A stretch of 64,000 nt of DNA from Lama glama (taxonomy: Eukaryota). The notes below the pieces were generated by a model. The model saw nothing but the letters and a program-made list of their open reading frames with translations. It made no database searches and was not told where the DNA came from. Shown here one piece after another: positions 26,134 through 39,800 of the stretch (the stretch's first letter is position 1; every line of letters starts with the position of its first letter). The stretch is taken from assembly GCA_028534125.1 (NCBI GenBank), contig CM052817.1:108254001-108318000 (forward strand). Direction: 5' to 3'. A program made the position numbers and the translations under genes.

Positions 26134-27845
26134 ACCATTTTCTGTGTGGATGCCTGGTTTTGTCCATTTGAGAAATAAATTGGGCATAATATAAACTTTT
26201 AGGAAACTGACAATCTTTCTGATGCTACGTGTTTTTGAGTAGCTATTTTTTCCTACCAAAGATCACATTTTGGTCAAGGCCATGAAGACAGATCAAAAAA
26301 GGAGCAAATTAAATTCCACCTTTCTCTCCACGCTGGCATCCAGAGTAGAGGCAATTCACACAGCCAGTGACCTGGCTCCAGGGGGAAACGTCATCCTTAC
26401 AGCCAGCAAGAGACCCTGCCTCAACCTTGGAGCTGAGGAGAAGCACGGGGACCCCCAGGCCAGGCCCGACTGCCCCTGACCTCCTGTGTCTCACGATGGA
26501 CGCTAAAGACAGCAGGGGCAACATTCAGAAAACAGTCTGCACCAAATAAGGGACAAAGTTTGAAGGTCCTGATTTTGATTTAATGACAGCATCAGTGAGT
26601 GGCCTCCTTTACACAAACGAATTCACAACACAATGACCACAAGTCCCTGTCGGGGTAAGAACTGAGCCTAAGACATTCTTGGGCCATTTCTATTCATACT
26701 GAACAGGTGACACCCCCTACCCCCGACCCCCCCCCCAAAAAAAAGAAAGACAGGAAGCCTTCTATCATCCCAAAACGGTTCTGCGAGTGTGGAAACAGAG
26801 CTTGCACCCTCCTAGGGAATAGCTTGTCAGACATTTGCTCTCGTGATGCTAAGAAGGTAGAGGGCTAAGATCTCCTCCTTGCCTTGTTTTGTTTACTTCC
26901 GCTCCGAGGTACGTGTGTGTCTTAAAGATGCGCAAACGAAAACGCGCTGCTGAGCAGGGCTTCCGAGGACGTGAGCTTTGCCTCCCGCAGGCCCTCATTT
27001 GCCAGCTCCCTGCTCACCTACCAGGCTGCGTCCCCGCCTTTCTGCCTGATAGCGACCACAGGTCTGTGCCCCTCAGGCTTCCCTGGGCCCCTTGAAGAAG
27101 ACCCCCAAGAGGACGTGACCATCGGCTGGGCCTCCGTCCTTGGATGGTACCTTCCGCCCGGAAGCCCTTCAAGGATGCAGCCTTCAGAGAGTGATGCGGG
27201 GCTGAGGCCATCTGGACGGTACACGTGGCTGAACCCCGCAAAGACCTCTTTTTTTCTTTTTCTTTGTTTCTATTTTCTTAGGTTTACCTTTAAGTGGCCA
27301 TTCAGAAAAAAATCTCTTTTCTTTGGTTTACATCTATGAGTTCTGACAACTACATAGAGTCCTGTGACCACCGCCTCCAAGACAGAGCCCAGCCCTGCAC
27401 CCCGTGGAGTCGGCGCGCGTGCCCATACCTGCCCCTCCTCCCGCCCTAGCAACCCTACCCTCCTTATAAACTTCTCAGATTCTGCCGCTGCAGGGGCCAT
27501 GAATGTCTGCTGCTTTGCCACTTCAAAGGAGCTTAATGCCCTTCGGTGCTTTAGAGTCTTCTCATCTAGGGGACATTTATTAAAGAAAGAAAAATAGAAG
27601 AAGATGCTTTGTCCTTCAGCCGTGCTGCCGTGAAGTTGAATTTACAGGAATAAGTATTTTCCTTTCAACTCCTTCAGCAGAGTAAGAAATGTCACTTTCT
27701 TACCCTTTCAACTCTAAGGCGCTTTATCAGCTTAGGTAATCAAGGACATTTCAAAGCCAGATGAAATCCTTTCAATTCCAGCAGAGGGCTAAGGTAGAAA
27801 AAGAACTATTGGAGTTGCCCAAAGCTGGCTCCAATCAAACAAATG

Positions 27846-28368
27846 CAGTCAGTTGTCAATATTCGCGAATTCTGTGTTTGCAAACTCGCCTACTCGCTGC
27901 CATGTATTTGTAAACACTAGCTGATACTCGCAGCGCTTCTGCGACGTCCACGGACGTACAGAGCAAGAGCGGTCGCCAATACACTTGTTCCTCAAGGAGG
28001 TGACAGCGCCCACGTGCTCTCCTGCTGGAAATACGCATCCCTTCCCCAGTGCACTTAGTGCCAAGGTGCTTGTTTGTTCGTTTGTGTTTGCGTCTTTGGG
28101 CTTTCCGTTTGTGATTTTGCTGTTTCAGATGGCTCCCAAGCGTGGCGCTGAAGTCTTGTGTTCCCAAATGTGAGAGCAACACTACACGTTAAATAAGGCG
28201 TCTGAACCAAAAACACACATCAAACAAAGTCATGGGTTGATCAGTTGAGGAAAATGGTGTGCCCGGAGGCTCCTACACACCCCAGGAGCAATTGTCAGTG
28301 TCAGCTAATTCAGCGAACTCAGGGTCCACTTTAAAGAACACAACTGCTGTGACTATGAGAATCAGCCG
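27846..28368. mobile_element. TcMar-Tigger element (MER82-like)
   Basis: attcgcgaattctgtgtttgcaaactcgcctactcgct and gatggctcccaagcgtggcgctgaagt match recalled MER82; degenerate TIRs and a TA flank. Confidence 0.75.
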
Positions 28369-28927
28369 TACTTTTGTGGAAGAAAGTAGGAAATTCTCCT
28401 GAAGCGTCATGTGAGACCAGGGATCTCACCAGTGCCATCATCAGAAAGCATTCAAATCGCTCTTCTGGAATTTCATCGGACAAAGTATTCTCTAGGGAAC
28501 TGCACCTTCTCCCAGCCAGAAATGTGCCCTTTCCTCGGATACCTCTTGAACTGTCCTTTACTTTTTTTGAGACTGGTGATCTCCATTATCAACAAGGAGA
28601 GGGACAAGGAAAAGATAACGGCAAAAAATAAAACCCCTAATCTCCGGGGCTCTCTTTCTTCTATCGAATACTTAATATTTTTTCTGCTGGGTACCCTCTT
28701 TGATCATTTAGTGGTGTAGCTGGTAAAACAGGGCTGAAGCCTTAACCTGCCTGCTTTTCAGAGTTAAGATTCTTGAAATGAAGATTATCGTGATTGTCAT
28801 ATTCAAAATTCAAAAGCCATTATGTCTAAGATGAACCATCAAAGAGGTAGAAAAAATCTATTATGCTGCCAACAAAAAGAGAGACTCTCCCAAAAGAAAG
28901 AGATGGCAAAGATGAAAGATGTGAATA

Positions 28928-29243
28928 CAGTCATCCCCCAGGGTCTGGGGGGAAGTGGTTCTAGGACCTCCTCGGGTACCAAAATCCGAGGATGCTCAAG
29001 TCCTGTATATAAAATGGTGTAGCATTTACATAAAACCTAAGCACATCCTCCCGTACACTTTAAGTCACGTCTAGATTACCTGTAATACTTAATGCAATGC
29101 AAATGATATGTAAATCGTTGCCCACGCAAGGCAAAGTCAGATGTCACTCTTCGGAACTTTCTGGAATTTTTTTTCCCCAAATATTTTCAATCTGTGGTTG
29201 GCTGAATCTGTGGATGTAGAACATGCAATACAAGGGTCAGTTG
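28928..29243. mobile_element. TcMar-Tigger element (MER2-like)
   Basis: ta-cagtcatccc...accaaaatccgaggatgctcaagtcc...ggctgaatctgtggatg. Confidence 0.85.
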
Positions 29244-29739
29244 TGGATGGGTTTTACAGAGCTGCTGCAAAGAGGAAAGAAAAGCAACTTATGAATAAAT
29301 GTAAGATGAAGCAAGAACAGTAATGTAGAACACACAGACCAAATGTCAAATATTATTTACGTCATCGCTCACGTTTTCCTGCTCAGCTGTTCTCCTCATT
29401 TACAAATGTGTTTCTCTTATTCCAGTGATTCTCTATGGCTTTCAAAATTCCACAAAAGCAATGTTTTCCAATAGCCATGCAATGGGTAGGAAGGGAAAGG
29501 CAGGTGTTTGGTCAAGCATTATTACTGTCCAAGACGATCTCAGAACAGGTTAGTGTTCTCTTTAGCCAAACAAGTGCTATGTAATTTACTTTAATTGCCT
29601 CAGAGTCATAAAACGATGTTTAAAAGTACAGTTTCACGGAGAAATCTGATGAATGGCCTACTTTCACACGCTGATATTACATTAAATAAATTCTAAATAG
29701 GAGCAGGAGGGAACTAAACAGGTGTCTAGAAAGAAATAA

Positions 29740-30850
29740 TAAAGAAAATAGAGAAGGAAAAATCCTCTAAGTCATAACGGCTCAGAATCCCCCGCGTCTT
29801 AAAGGAAAGTCTGCTTTCAAATTGAATGTTGAAGACGATGGGGAAATAAAAGCCCCTTTAGGCACGTCACTGTGGAAGTTTTAAGAGACTGAAGATAAAG
29901 AAATTCCTGAAAGCTTCCAAAGAAGAAAGAATGAACCCAAAGGAACAAGACTTAGACTTCTTAACAACACATGGTAACAGGAGATTGGTAGAATTCCTTT
30001 GGAGCTCTGAGAAAATGTGATTTTTATCCTAGAAGGCAATACCCAGCAAGGCTTTGTAGGTCTACGTGTAAGTATGTATGATCTACATATATCTGTGTAT
30101 GTGTGTATATAGGTATATGTATGTATAGATAAATGTAAATATAGAGAATGAAGTTATGAAGTTTTATTATTGTAAGAAAATTGTTTTAAAATAATTTACT
30201 GTAAATGATAAAGAAAAATGGATTTAGCATACGAAGAAATAAGCTGAGAATCAGAAACGTGTATGGTGGACCACAGAAGACGGTAACATCCCAGGACGTC
30301 AGGGGCACAGAGCAGTCAGTCGAGCTTTGCAGGAGGAACACGGGAGGAAGTGTCTGGAAAGCTCGAATCCATGAACCAGATTCACGAGAGTAACAGCCTG
30401 CAGATACAATAAGGCCACATCGGACAAGAAGAAATTCAGGAATCTCCAGGGAAGAAGAAAAGCCCTGAACTGAAAAACAGTCAAATGAGCTACGGATGAT
30501 TATGTAAAGAATACTCATGAACATTCACCTTTTAGACTAAATTCATATGCAAAGATTATGTACATGAGACCAATTATAAGCACAGAGTAGAATGCAAATT
30601 CTCTCAATCGTGACTTGATGATATCAACCCATAAGGCAGGCACTCAGAAGAGAATATGTATAACTGTTGAAATGAGAAGTATGGTTTGGAGTGTATTAAT
30701 ACAAACTATAATGAAAACAGAGAAATGTAAAATGAATCATATGATTACGTTACTGACATAGAGTTAACCACAGGAATGTACAGGAATGGTTAACTGGTCA
30801 GCTCTAGGGAGAGAGACTGGGAGTCAGTAAGGGTGCTGTTTTCCATTTGT
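29740..30850 (+). mobile_element. Old L1/HAL1 ORF1-region fragment
   Basis: gataaagaaattcctgaaagcttcca and gatttttatcctagaaggcaatacccagcaag resemble the ORF1 C-terminal region. Confidence 0.5.
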
Positions 30851-31979
30851 TTCTCTGTGTTATCAGAAGATTCAAACTTGTGCAGATATATCAGAGGGGA
30901 AAATGCCAAAAACAAACATCTCTGAAATAATACTTTAAAAAATAATCCTCTACAAAATTTAAAGGGACGGTAATAAACTAAGGCAAAAAAAATGGGTTTT
31001 GATTGGCAAAGGGGCCATATCTCTCGCAGACATCACTAATCTCCGACACACAATTCTCCTCCTGTGAACACAGGGATAACTGTCTCCATCCTGGAAGCTG
31101 GACATGGCCACATGAACAGCGCTAACCGACAGGGAACCTCGGGTGGCTGGTCCTTGTCCCGGCCAGAGAAAGTAACTGCTGGATGGGCCACTCCCTGGCC
31201 CCGTCCCCATCTGGCACAGTGAAACTGAATAAATAACTCATGTGATTCATCGGGAAAAAAATACCAAGATGGCCATGAAAACTGGGTACAAGACTGTAAT
31301 ACACAATGTGTGAAAAGAGAAACATAACTGTGTAATAAACACGAAAACAGACTTTGTGTAACAAAAGGGATCCTTCGAGGGTGAAATAGACAAGGACGTT
31401 TAAAAACAGTAACAACGATGCTGAGGTCTGTGAGGTGACACGTTTCACAGATTGTTGACAGGACTGTCAGTTGGTGTGGATTTCCTCAGTATGTATCCGA
31501 AATACTTCACTGAGTATCTCATGGCCTTTTATCCAATAATAACACGTCAGTCATCAGAAATAAGGGGAAATCTCTACCCAGAAGATTTTCATTTGCAGCA
31601 GTATTTTATAATGGATAAAAGGAGGGTCCAAACAAAATCTGCAAAGATAGGAGATAGTTAATTAAGCCAGGAGACAAATATTACGAAGCCATGAAAATTA
31701 AGTTTACGAGCGGCTTTAACCGCCATCCAGAAATGTTTCAGTATAACATTACGTACAAAAGAACGCCGATAAATCCTAACAAGGGGGTGTTTCTTGGGTA
31801 AAATTAGCGATGAACTTTATTTTCCTCTGTGTCATTTACCTTATTAGGTTACTTTAATAATTAGGAAAATATTCCAATCAGAGCTTCAGAAAGTTTTTAT
31901 ACTGATTTTGGAGGAATCTTTAAATAAATGTGTCCAGTTGAAAACATAATAAATAAAGTGAGTGAAGAGCTGCAAATGG

Positions 31980-32135
31980 CAAAATATCCTTCTTTCTTAT
32001 GGGTGAGCTGTATTCCATTACATATACACGCTGCATCTTCTTTATTCATCTCTTAATGTGCACTTAGGATGCTTCCCTATCTTGGCAATTATAAATAATG
32101 TTGCTGTTAATAGCAGGGTGTATGTATCTTTCTGA
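31980..32135 (-). mobile_element. L1 fragment
   Basis: tattccatt...cacttaggatgcttccctatcttggcaattataaataatgttgct. Confidence 0.75.
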
Positions 32136-34146
32136 ATTAATTCTTATTTTGTGGTTGGCTTTATTCCTTTGATAACTATGTAAGTTTAAAAAGCTAAAGC
32201 TCTAAATGTTCTCAGAAACAATGAAAAGTACATATATGTAAATTTTAAAATATGTGCAGTATATTGTGTATATGTATTTACAGGCAATATATTGTACATG
32301 TGCAGTCAAATTGTAACAATTCTACCTGATAAAACTGAAAACTGGAAAAAACATAATACATAAATAAACGTGTCCTGTATGAGATTCACCTGAGAAACAT
32401 TATGATGTACAAGTGCCTTGAAAAAACTTAGAAATAAATCAAAATGAACAGAAAAAAGAGAAAAATTCAATTAAAGACTGTTTTTGAATCTGAATTTGCC
32501 AAAGAAAATTATAAGCAAATGGCAAACTAATTCAAACTCTGAGGTCTGAAATCAAAACAAAAAATGATTACGACCTTTATAATTAGATAGAAGTCAAAGG
32601 ATGGCAACAGAAAAACAGAAGGCATCCCTTGAGAGAGAGCAAGGGCTGTGCTCCGGGAAGTCTCTCTGAAAAATCTGTGTGCGCAGAGCCCAGCCGTCCC
32701 GCTCCACCGTGAGGCCAGAGCTGCATCACATACACCTGTTGGTGGTACCTCAGCCTCTCTGGGACACGGGCATCAGTGGCTTCTTCTTCCTTTCCTCCGC
32801 CTTTAGGAGTGGAGTAAGAAGAGAGACTAAGCCAATATTTGCAAAATATTTAATTCGTTTAAAGTACTGGCATAAAAAATTGATCCTGCAATTCTATGGA
32901 TATAAATTTTTGATTTTCACCCAGGTAAAATTTTTCTTTTCCCCCAAAGATATTAAAGTGTAAAGAGATGACCAGAGTCTTAAAGAAACTGAATGAAATC
33001 TGTTTTATAAAATTGTTATCTTGCAAGTGAAAAATCTTTCCATTTTAATGATCGTGGAAAGGCCATGTGTTAGAAACTGCACTTTAGGGTCACATTAAGT
33101 TCAGGGTTTCACAAAATGTAGTTATTAAAGATTTATAAATTCCTTGATGTTGGGCCAAAAATACACAGTGCCTGTTATATACCATAAAACAAAGTGAAAG
33201 TATTTACTGATGAGAGTAACATTTTAGTATTTTATTTAGTACTCCAGTTTAAATCAGATGTATAACTTAAACAGCTTGATATTTGACTTTTTTTAAACTA
33301 TTTTTTAAATTGAGGATAAAACTATACATTAGTTAATCAAACCACAAGCATCTGAATTCTTTACCTTTCTTTAGTGCATGTGGACTGCAGTCTCTGGCCG
33401 TAACATTCCATTTGTGAACACATAAGGATTGCCACAGAGTCAAGTTCAAAGTGACGTTCGAAATCAAGTCATAATCATAACCTATGACTTAAACCTTGAG
33501 GTGAGTTATAAATACGCAAAACCAGCAGTCCTTTTAAGTGATATGAGGCCGTGACGCAAGCCAAAAACATAACAAAATCTTCATTTATCCCTCTGGGCTC
33601 AGTGAACAGTCAGGTCTAACATCCTCCTTTATTGATCTGAGACCACAGTGGCACAGAAGCAATTTTTTATAGCAGCAGCATTTTTTGGGAACAAGTGTCT
33701 TGCAGAACTTTGCATTCCTTTGCCTGTATTGCCTATAATAGAGTTTTAATCTTGTTTATTTCATTTTCTGTGTAAATTCCCTGTTTGTCTTTAAATCCTT
33801 GAGGAACTATTTATACAAGAAAAAGATCTTGTGCCATTTCAAATCAAGGAGGAAAAAATGGTCCATGCTGTGAACTCGGGCTAACCTTGTGAAAGAAAAA
33901 AAGAAGAAGCAGCAGCAGCGGCTATATCCTGACTTAAGTGTTTATCCCCAAAACATCCAGATGAATCAAAGATTCATTTTGAATCATGAAGCCAAAATAG
34001 GATGGGTATTAAACGAAAGGATGTTTTCTTTCTTTAAACAACCTGGAACAGGAAGTCTTCCTGAGCAAGGCACAAAAATCCTGAAGCAATAAAATATGCA
34101 ATTTCTGAAGCTGACTAAAGAAAATTTAAGAATATATGTATTCTTA

Positions 34147-34579
34147 GTAAGAGAAAGACAAATACATCATGCTGTCACTTATATATGGAATCTAAACAAA
34201 CAAACAAAAAATTGAACTCATTAAAAACAGACTAGAGTGATGCTTGCCAGGGGCTGGAGAGTGGGGGAAATGGAGAAAGGTTCACAAAAGTGTACAAAAG
34301 CTTTCAGTTACAAGACAAATAAGACATGAGATCTAATGTATAACATGAAGAATATCGCTAATAATGCTGTATTGTAGAACTGAAATTTGTTAAGAAAATT
34401 CATCTTTCCAAAATATATTCTCTCCCCCAAAAAAGTAAATATGTGAGGCGATAGATGTGTTAAGTAACTCAATTGTAGGAATCCTTTCAGAATGGATACG
34501 TAATTCAAATCATTACATTGTATACTTTAAATATATTACAGTTTTATTTGCCAATTATACCTCAATAAAGCTGGAAGAA
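34147..34579 (+). mobile_element. L1MA-type 3' end
   Basis: Ends caattatacctcaataaagctgg; 19-bp TSD aagaatatatgtattctta / aagactatatgtattctta. Confidence 0.92.
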
Positions 34580-34691
34580 AAGACTATATGTATTCTTAAA
34601 AAGTATGAACAGAAATCAGGATTCTAGAAAACAATGAACAGGTTAAAAGGAAAACAAAGTCTGGGTAAAACAGCTACACCGCGTGACGTAT

Positions 34692-34794
34692 GTGTTACTT
34701 TCACGTATGTTGTGTCCATGTTACTTTCATGTATGTTGTATCCATGTTACTTTCACGCATGTTGTATCCATGTTACTTTCATGTATGTTGTATC
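34692..34794. repeat. 26-bp minisatellite, 4 copies
   Basis: Unit atgttactttcaygtatgttgtatcc. Confidence 0.95.
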
Positions 34795-34861
34795 AATAAG
34801 TAATAAATAGACCCACAACCCAAGAGAAAACTGGGCAAGGCCAGGTCCGTGAGCGTGCATG

Positions 34862-34889
<28 letters not shown>
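34862..34889. repeat. (CA)n microsatellite
   Basis: Direct inspection. Confidence 0.95.
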
Positions 34890-34893
<4 letters not shown>

Positions 34894-36780
34894 TGCAGAT
34901 AACGTGGTGAGAAACACGACTTCAGTCGGTGCCCATCACTGTAAGTTTAAGCAGTGAAACAGCAGTAGCAAAGCCTAAAAAAGGTGAACATCACCCATCG
35001 CTAATGTGAGTACGTGAGAACAGGCACACACACACTCTGGGTAGGAATGTAAATCAATAGATCCGTTTTGAATATTTAGCAACATTTTAACTGCAAACAT
35101 CTTTGACTCGGTTATTCCACTCATAGAAATCGATTCTGCAAACCCACTTGCAGACATGATTAAGACAGTCGGGGAAAGATGGAAACGCTCATCACCAAAG
35201 GGCTGAATGACAACAGAACAGCAGGCAGTAAAGACAGAAGCACGGGACACTCTCTGTGCAGATAAAAGAGGTCTCCGAGCCCCTTAAGACACAGAAGGAA
35301 CAGTGAGTGCAGGATGCTAGCATTTCCAGGAACCACTGCTGGTGATTATCCGAGAAAAGTGGGATTGGAGGAGGAAAGACATAGATAGTATTTATTACAT
35401 CCCCTTTTGTAGTGTTTAAAAATCACCATATGTGTGAGTTACTTCTGTCATAAAGTTTAAACCTCAAAATACAAACTTTAAGAATCTAAATTCTAATTTT
35501 TGCATGTTTTAAGTTTTAAATCACTCAATACCCAAATGCTATTGTGAATATTTCCATTAATTTATATTTTAATATGTGTTAAAACTGAATCAATTTTTTT
35601 CAGATAATCAAGATTTTGTCACCTGAAATTTTCAAACTGTTAATATACTCGAAATTTAGATTATATAAAATCTGTTTTAACATTACAAGAGAATTAGCAT
35701 GGTGTGACTGTCTTCTGGATTATTCAAAATAACTACATGCATCAACATTTTTAGTATTTTATGCAACATATTATTGTAAAACCTGCAACTTGTTTCTTCA
35801 GTAACAAGATAAAATAGTATTTATAATAATTAAATTATATAGTTGCATGAAATTAATTTATAAAGACTATCCAGCAATTTCAGCAGTCTATGCTATCTCA
35901 AACTGAATTGAAGAGCCTTTGGCAGAGAAACAAAAAAAAAGGAAAACTTGCAAAATAAACTATAAATCATCATCTCCAAATCTGATTCAAAAATTAAAAT
36001 TAAAATTAAAATTATTTTTGAAAGATCTGTAATTCACATCACTGTTAATATCACTAGTTCCTCATTTAGTTGTCCCATTTTTCAACAATATATTCTACAT
36101 CAGTATGCAAGACAACGATTTTTCAGTATTTATATTTTCTTCATAATTTTGGGAACCACCATTTCTGCTCTGAAGACACTTTGATTCAAATCGAGATCCA
36201 AGATACAGGATGACATTTATAAATGCTCTAGAAACAATGACTACACTACACATTCTAAAATAATAAGAAAGCATGTCACTGACCCGGATTAACTGCTACT
36301 TTTGACCCCCCAAAAAACTTCTGCACTCATAAATAATTTCCAACACAGAAACTTCTCTTGTTCTTTGTCACCTGAGACATTACCTAAGAGACTGGCTTTA
36401 AACAGATGAATCCTAAGAGTCTGAGGAAGGAGGTGAAGAAAGAAGATCTTGTGATAGTTTTTGATGCACACAGACATCGTAGACAGAAGCATTCTGAAGA
36501 CAAGCATTTGAATTTTTCCCATGTTTTCTACTTCAGGCCCAAATCCAAAGTCACCAATATAACACTATCTTGTAAATAGATGGATCTGCTTTCAAAGAGT
36601 CATTGTGACCCAGTTCTTGCCACACTCCATTAAAGAGCAGCCATGCTGCTGTTCACTGCAATGTGAAAGAGCGTAAGACGAACAAAAGTCAACACAGAAT
36701 GAGGGAGTGAACTGTTCATAAACTAAAAAAATTGAACTCATTCATGATACTTCCTTATTTTTTGTGTATATATATATATA

Positions 36781-37070
36781 TTTTTTTTTTCTATTGAAGT
36801 ATAGTCAGTTTTCAATGTTGTCTCAATCCTACTCCTGGTCATATACCCAGAGGGAACCTAAACAAAGACACATGCACCGCAATGTTCACAGCAACACTGC
36901 TTACAATAGCCAAGACATGGAGCCAACCTAAATGTCCACTGACAGACGATTAGATAAAATAGATGTGGTGTATTTATATAATGGAACACTACTCAGCCAT
37001 AAAAAAGAATAAAATAATGCCATTTGCAGCAACATGGATGGACATGGAGATTGTCATTCTAAATGAAGTA
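36781..37070 (-). mobile_element. L1 3' end with 5' inversion and internal deletion
   Basis: About 40 bp of minus-strand terminus, then plus-strand caatcctactcctgg...attctaaatgaagta. Confidence 0.88.
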
Positions 37071-37118
37071 TTTTGACTCACAATCAGTGATCTCATCTCC
37101 CCAAAAAGTGTCTCTCCA

Positions 37119-37238
37119 GGGGGGAGGGTAGAGCTCAGTGGTAGAGCACATGCTTAGCATGCACGAGGTCCTGGGTTCAATCCCCAGTACCTTCATTAAA
37201 ATAAATAAATAAACCTAATTACCTCCCCCTTAAAAAAT
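37119..37238 (+). mobile_element. tRNA-derived SINE (Vic-1 type)
   Basis: A and B boxes, aaacctaattacctcccc tail; TSD aaaagtgtctctccag / aaaagtgtttctccag. Confidence 0.92.
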
Positions 37239-37869
37239 AAAAGTGTTTCTCCAGTGTCCAAAGGAAGTAATCTCTGGACAAGTAATTATTAGAACATTTT
37301 TCAATCTTGAGACCTAACAGGCAAGGGATGGGCCAAAAGAGGCTCCCTTATTCGTGCTGAGGAAGGAACTGTCAAAGAAGATGACAGAGGGCCTGGGGAC
37401 CAGCAATAAGATGCAGACAACTGGTCTACAGGGAAGAAGTTGGAGCAGTCACAAGGAACCTGTCCCATGTATAATGTCACCCTCTTCACAAGGAACAGCC
37501 GCCCTCATTTCCATGTGCTCAAAGATCCTGATGGTGGGAGGGGTGACCGAACAGTCCAGATGTTCACACCTCATGCTAACCAGAATCGACATTTTGTTAA
37601 CTTACACGTGATTTTCAGTTCTTACTGTTTATCTGTTGAATAGAGGGGCTTGGGGGGATCATTAAAAACTCACCAGTACCCTAAAATGATAACAGAATAA
37701 ACCCTAGTCTCTAGTCTGAGCTCGAATTGTTGTATGAAAGAAGCTTATTCATTTGAAAATGACGTAGAGAACTGTCAGCTCCTCTTAGCCACTGTGTCCT
37801 CCTCCACGCAGCTAAAAGTGTAGGTAATTAATAGGCACTCAGGGGGATTGGAAATCACTGAAATTAGCA

Positions 37870-38070
37870 ACATTAATCACTATATTATACAGGGCAACAA
37901 TTCTCATCTAAATCTGACAATTACGTTAGGAGGTGGGTATGAAAATGACCCCCATTTTACAGAGGAGGAAACAGGATTAGCAAGTTTAACCGACACACAC
38001 AAAGTCACACAATCTGTGCACGTGGCAGCCAGAATCCCAAACCAATGTACTGGCTGCATACCCACCTGAT
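37870..38070 (-). mobile_element. MIR SINE
   Basis: ccccattttacagaggaggaaacagg...aagtcacacaa core. Confidence 0.75.
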
Positions 38071-39300
38071 GCTGGCGAAAACCTCTGACCCAGGGGGCAG
38101 CAGACTGGTTTTCTAGAAGGTCCTCCACAGATCTCACAGTAGCTTAGAGCAATTCACCTACATTTCTGTTTTCCCACCTGAGGACGGGTATAATCATCAT
38201 TACATTTATCCTATAAGCTTTATAGAGCTACAGGGAAGACCAAAGAGCTAGGACGCATTCTGAAAAGATAAAAGTTATCCATCAATATAAGGCGGGCAGA
38301 GATATAGGCTCTCTGAAGGCAAGAATTTTCATTTTACTCTCCTCCTTTGCTCCGAGCATGCTGTTCAGTCCCTGGTAAAGGGCTGAGTTATAGGGGAAAA
38401 GGGAATATTTGGATCACTTATGACAAATGAATCAAGGCATTTATTTTCTCATTTAAGCCCCTAATAACAGTATCAGGCAGCATGAGGAAACAGCCTCATC
38501 CTACAAAGAGGAAGAAATCTGCATTGTATCATACAGTTCTGAACCACATTCAAACCCTTATTTGCCTTTGTGTTCTCTTTGTCTACTTTTCATTTAAATA
38601 AATATAATTTAGTTAATTAGGTGAGCTAGACCACAAGGAATCTATAACGTGCACAGTTGGACAATGTGTGGAGAGATCTTAATTATGTTCACAGGGGATG
38701 AAAGAGTTCCACGCTGTTGAACATCCTGGTGTAAGTGATACGGGATGAAGGAAGAGATGGAGAAACGCTCCAGTTTCAGCATCCCGGCTTTGAAAGACCA
38801 GTCTCATAAGGTAGTGCACTACACGTATCTTTAAGTGGCTTATGTGGTTTACTGGGTTAGTCCCTTCTTGGTCACCAAACAGTCCAGCCCTTGTAGACAA
38901 AACAGCAGAAAAAGATTCCAACGAGAAATGAGAAGTGCATTCTTCTTTGTCCTCCTGCCTCCTGTGGCAGGTGCTTATCCAAACTATCCCAAGACCCCAG
39001 CACAGAAGGTGATAAAAGTCCACTCGTCTCCAAGCACCTAGATGTACCTAACACAGTGCACAGAGGTTTATGCCTATGTGCCTCTTCAAAACCATCCTAC
39101 AAGGTGTGACTCCCTTTTACAAAGGTGGAGCCACGTTAAACAACTCGTCCAGTGTCACACATTAATATTAGGACCGGGATTCCATTCCACGTTCTGACTC
39201 ATAAGGAATGCTATTCTGTGTCCCAAGACATCGGGCTGCAAACTGCAAAGACACAAACATTTTTTAAACACTCCCATGTTTATCATTAAAATGAAAATTC

Positions 39301-39541
39301 CCTGGGATTTCAAAATTTGTAGATACTGACAGGCATATGCAGAATAGATGAACAAGATTATACTGTACAGCACACGGAAATGTATACAAGATCTTGTGGT
39401 GGCTCACAGCGAAAAAAAATGTGACAATGAATATATGTATGTTCATGTATAACTAAAATAAATTGTGCTCTACACTGGAATTTGACACAACATTGTAAAA
39501 TGACTGTAACTCAATAAAAAAAATGTTAAAAAATAAAATAG
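39301..39541 (+). mobile_element. Young lineage-specific L1 3' end
   Basis: Ends gactgtaactcaataaaaaaatgttaaaaaa; TSD aatgaaaattc on both sides. Confidence 0.9.
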
Positions 39542-39646
39542 AATGAAAATTCTTGACTTGTCTGTCTTTCAAGAGATAAAGATGAGGATTTTCAGTGCTT
39601 CCCATCAAAATACCAAAACTCTCCAGCTCCCTGACATCCTCTCTGA

Positions 39647-39800
39647 GGGGAGGGTGTAGCTCAGCAGCAGAGCACACGCTTAACAGACGTGAGGTCCTAG
39701 GTTCAATCCCCAGTACCTCCTTTAAAAATAAATAAATAAGCCTAATTCCCCAAACCCCCCCTAAAAAAGCAAAAACAAATTAAGAAAAAATTTTAAATGT
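39647..39800 (+). mobile_element. tRNA-derived SINE (older copy)
   Basis: Diverged A and B boxes; TSD ccctgacatcctctct / ccttgatatcttctct. Confidence 0.88.

Noticed and set aside
25955..26167. ORF containing HLTPVRMAIIK
   Set aside because: Frameshifted L1 ORF2 relic, not a host gene.
34692..34794. CRISPR-like array
   Set aside because: Contiguous tandem units with no spacers, in mammalian DNA.
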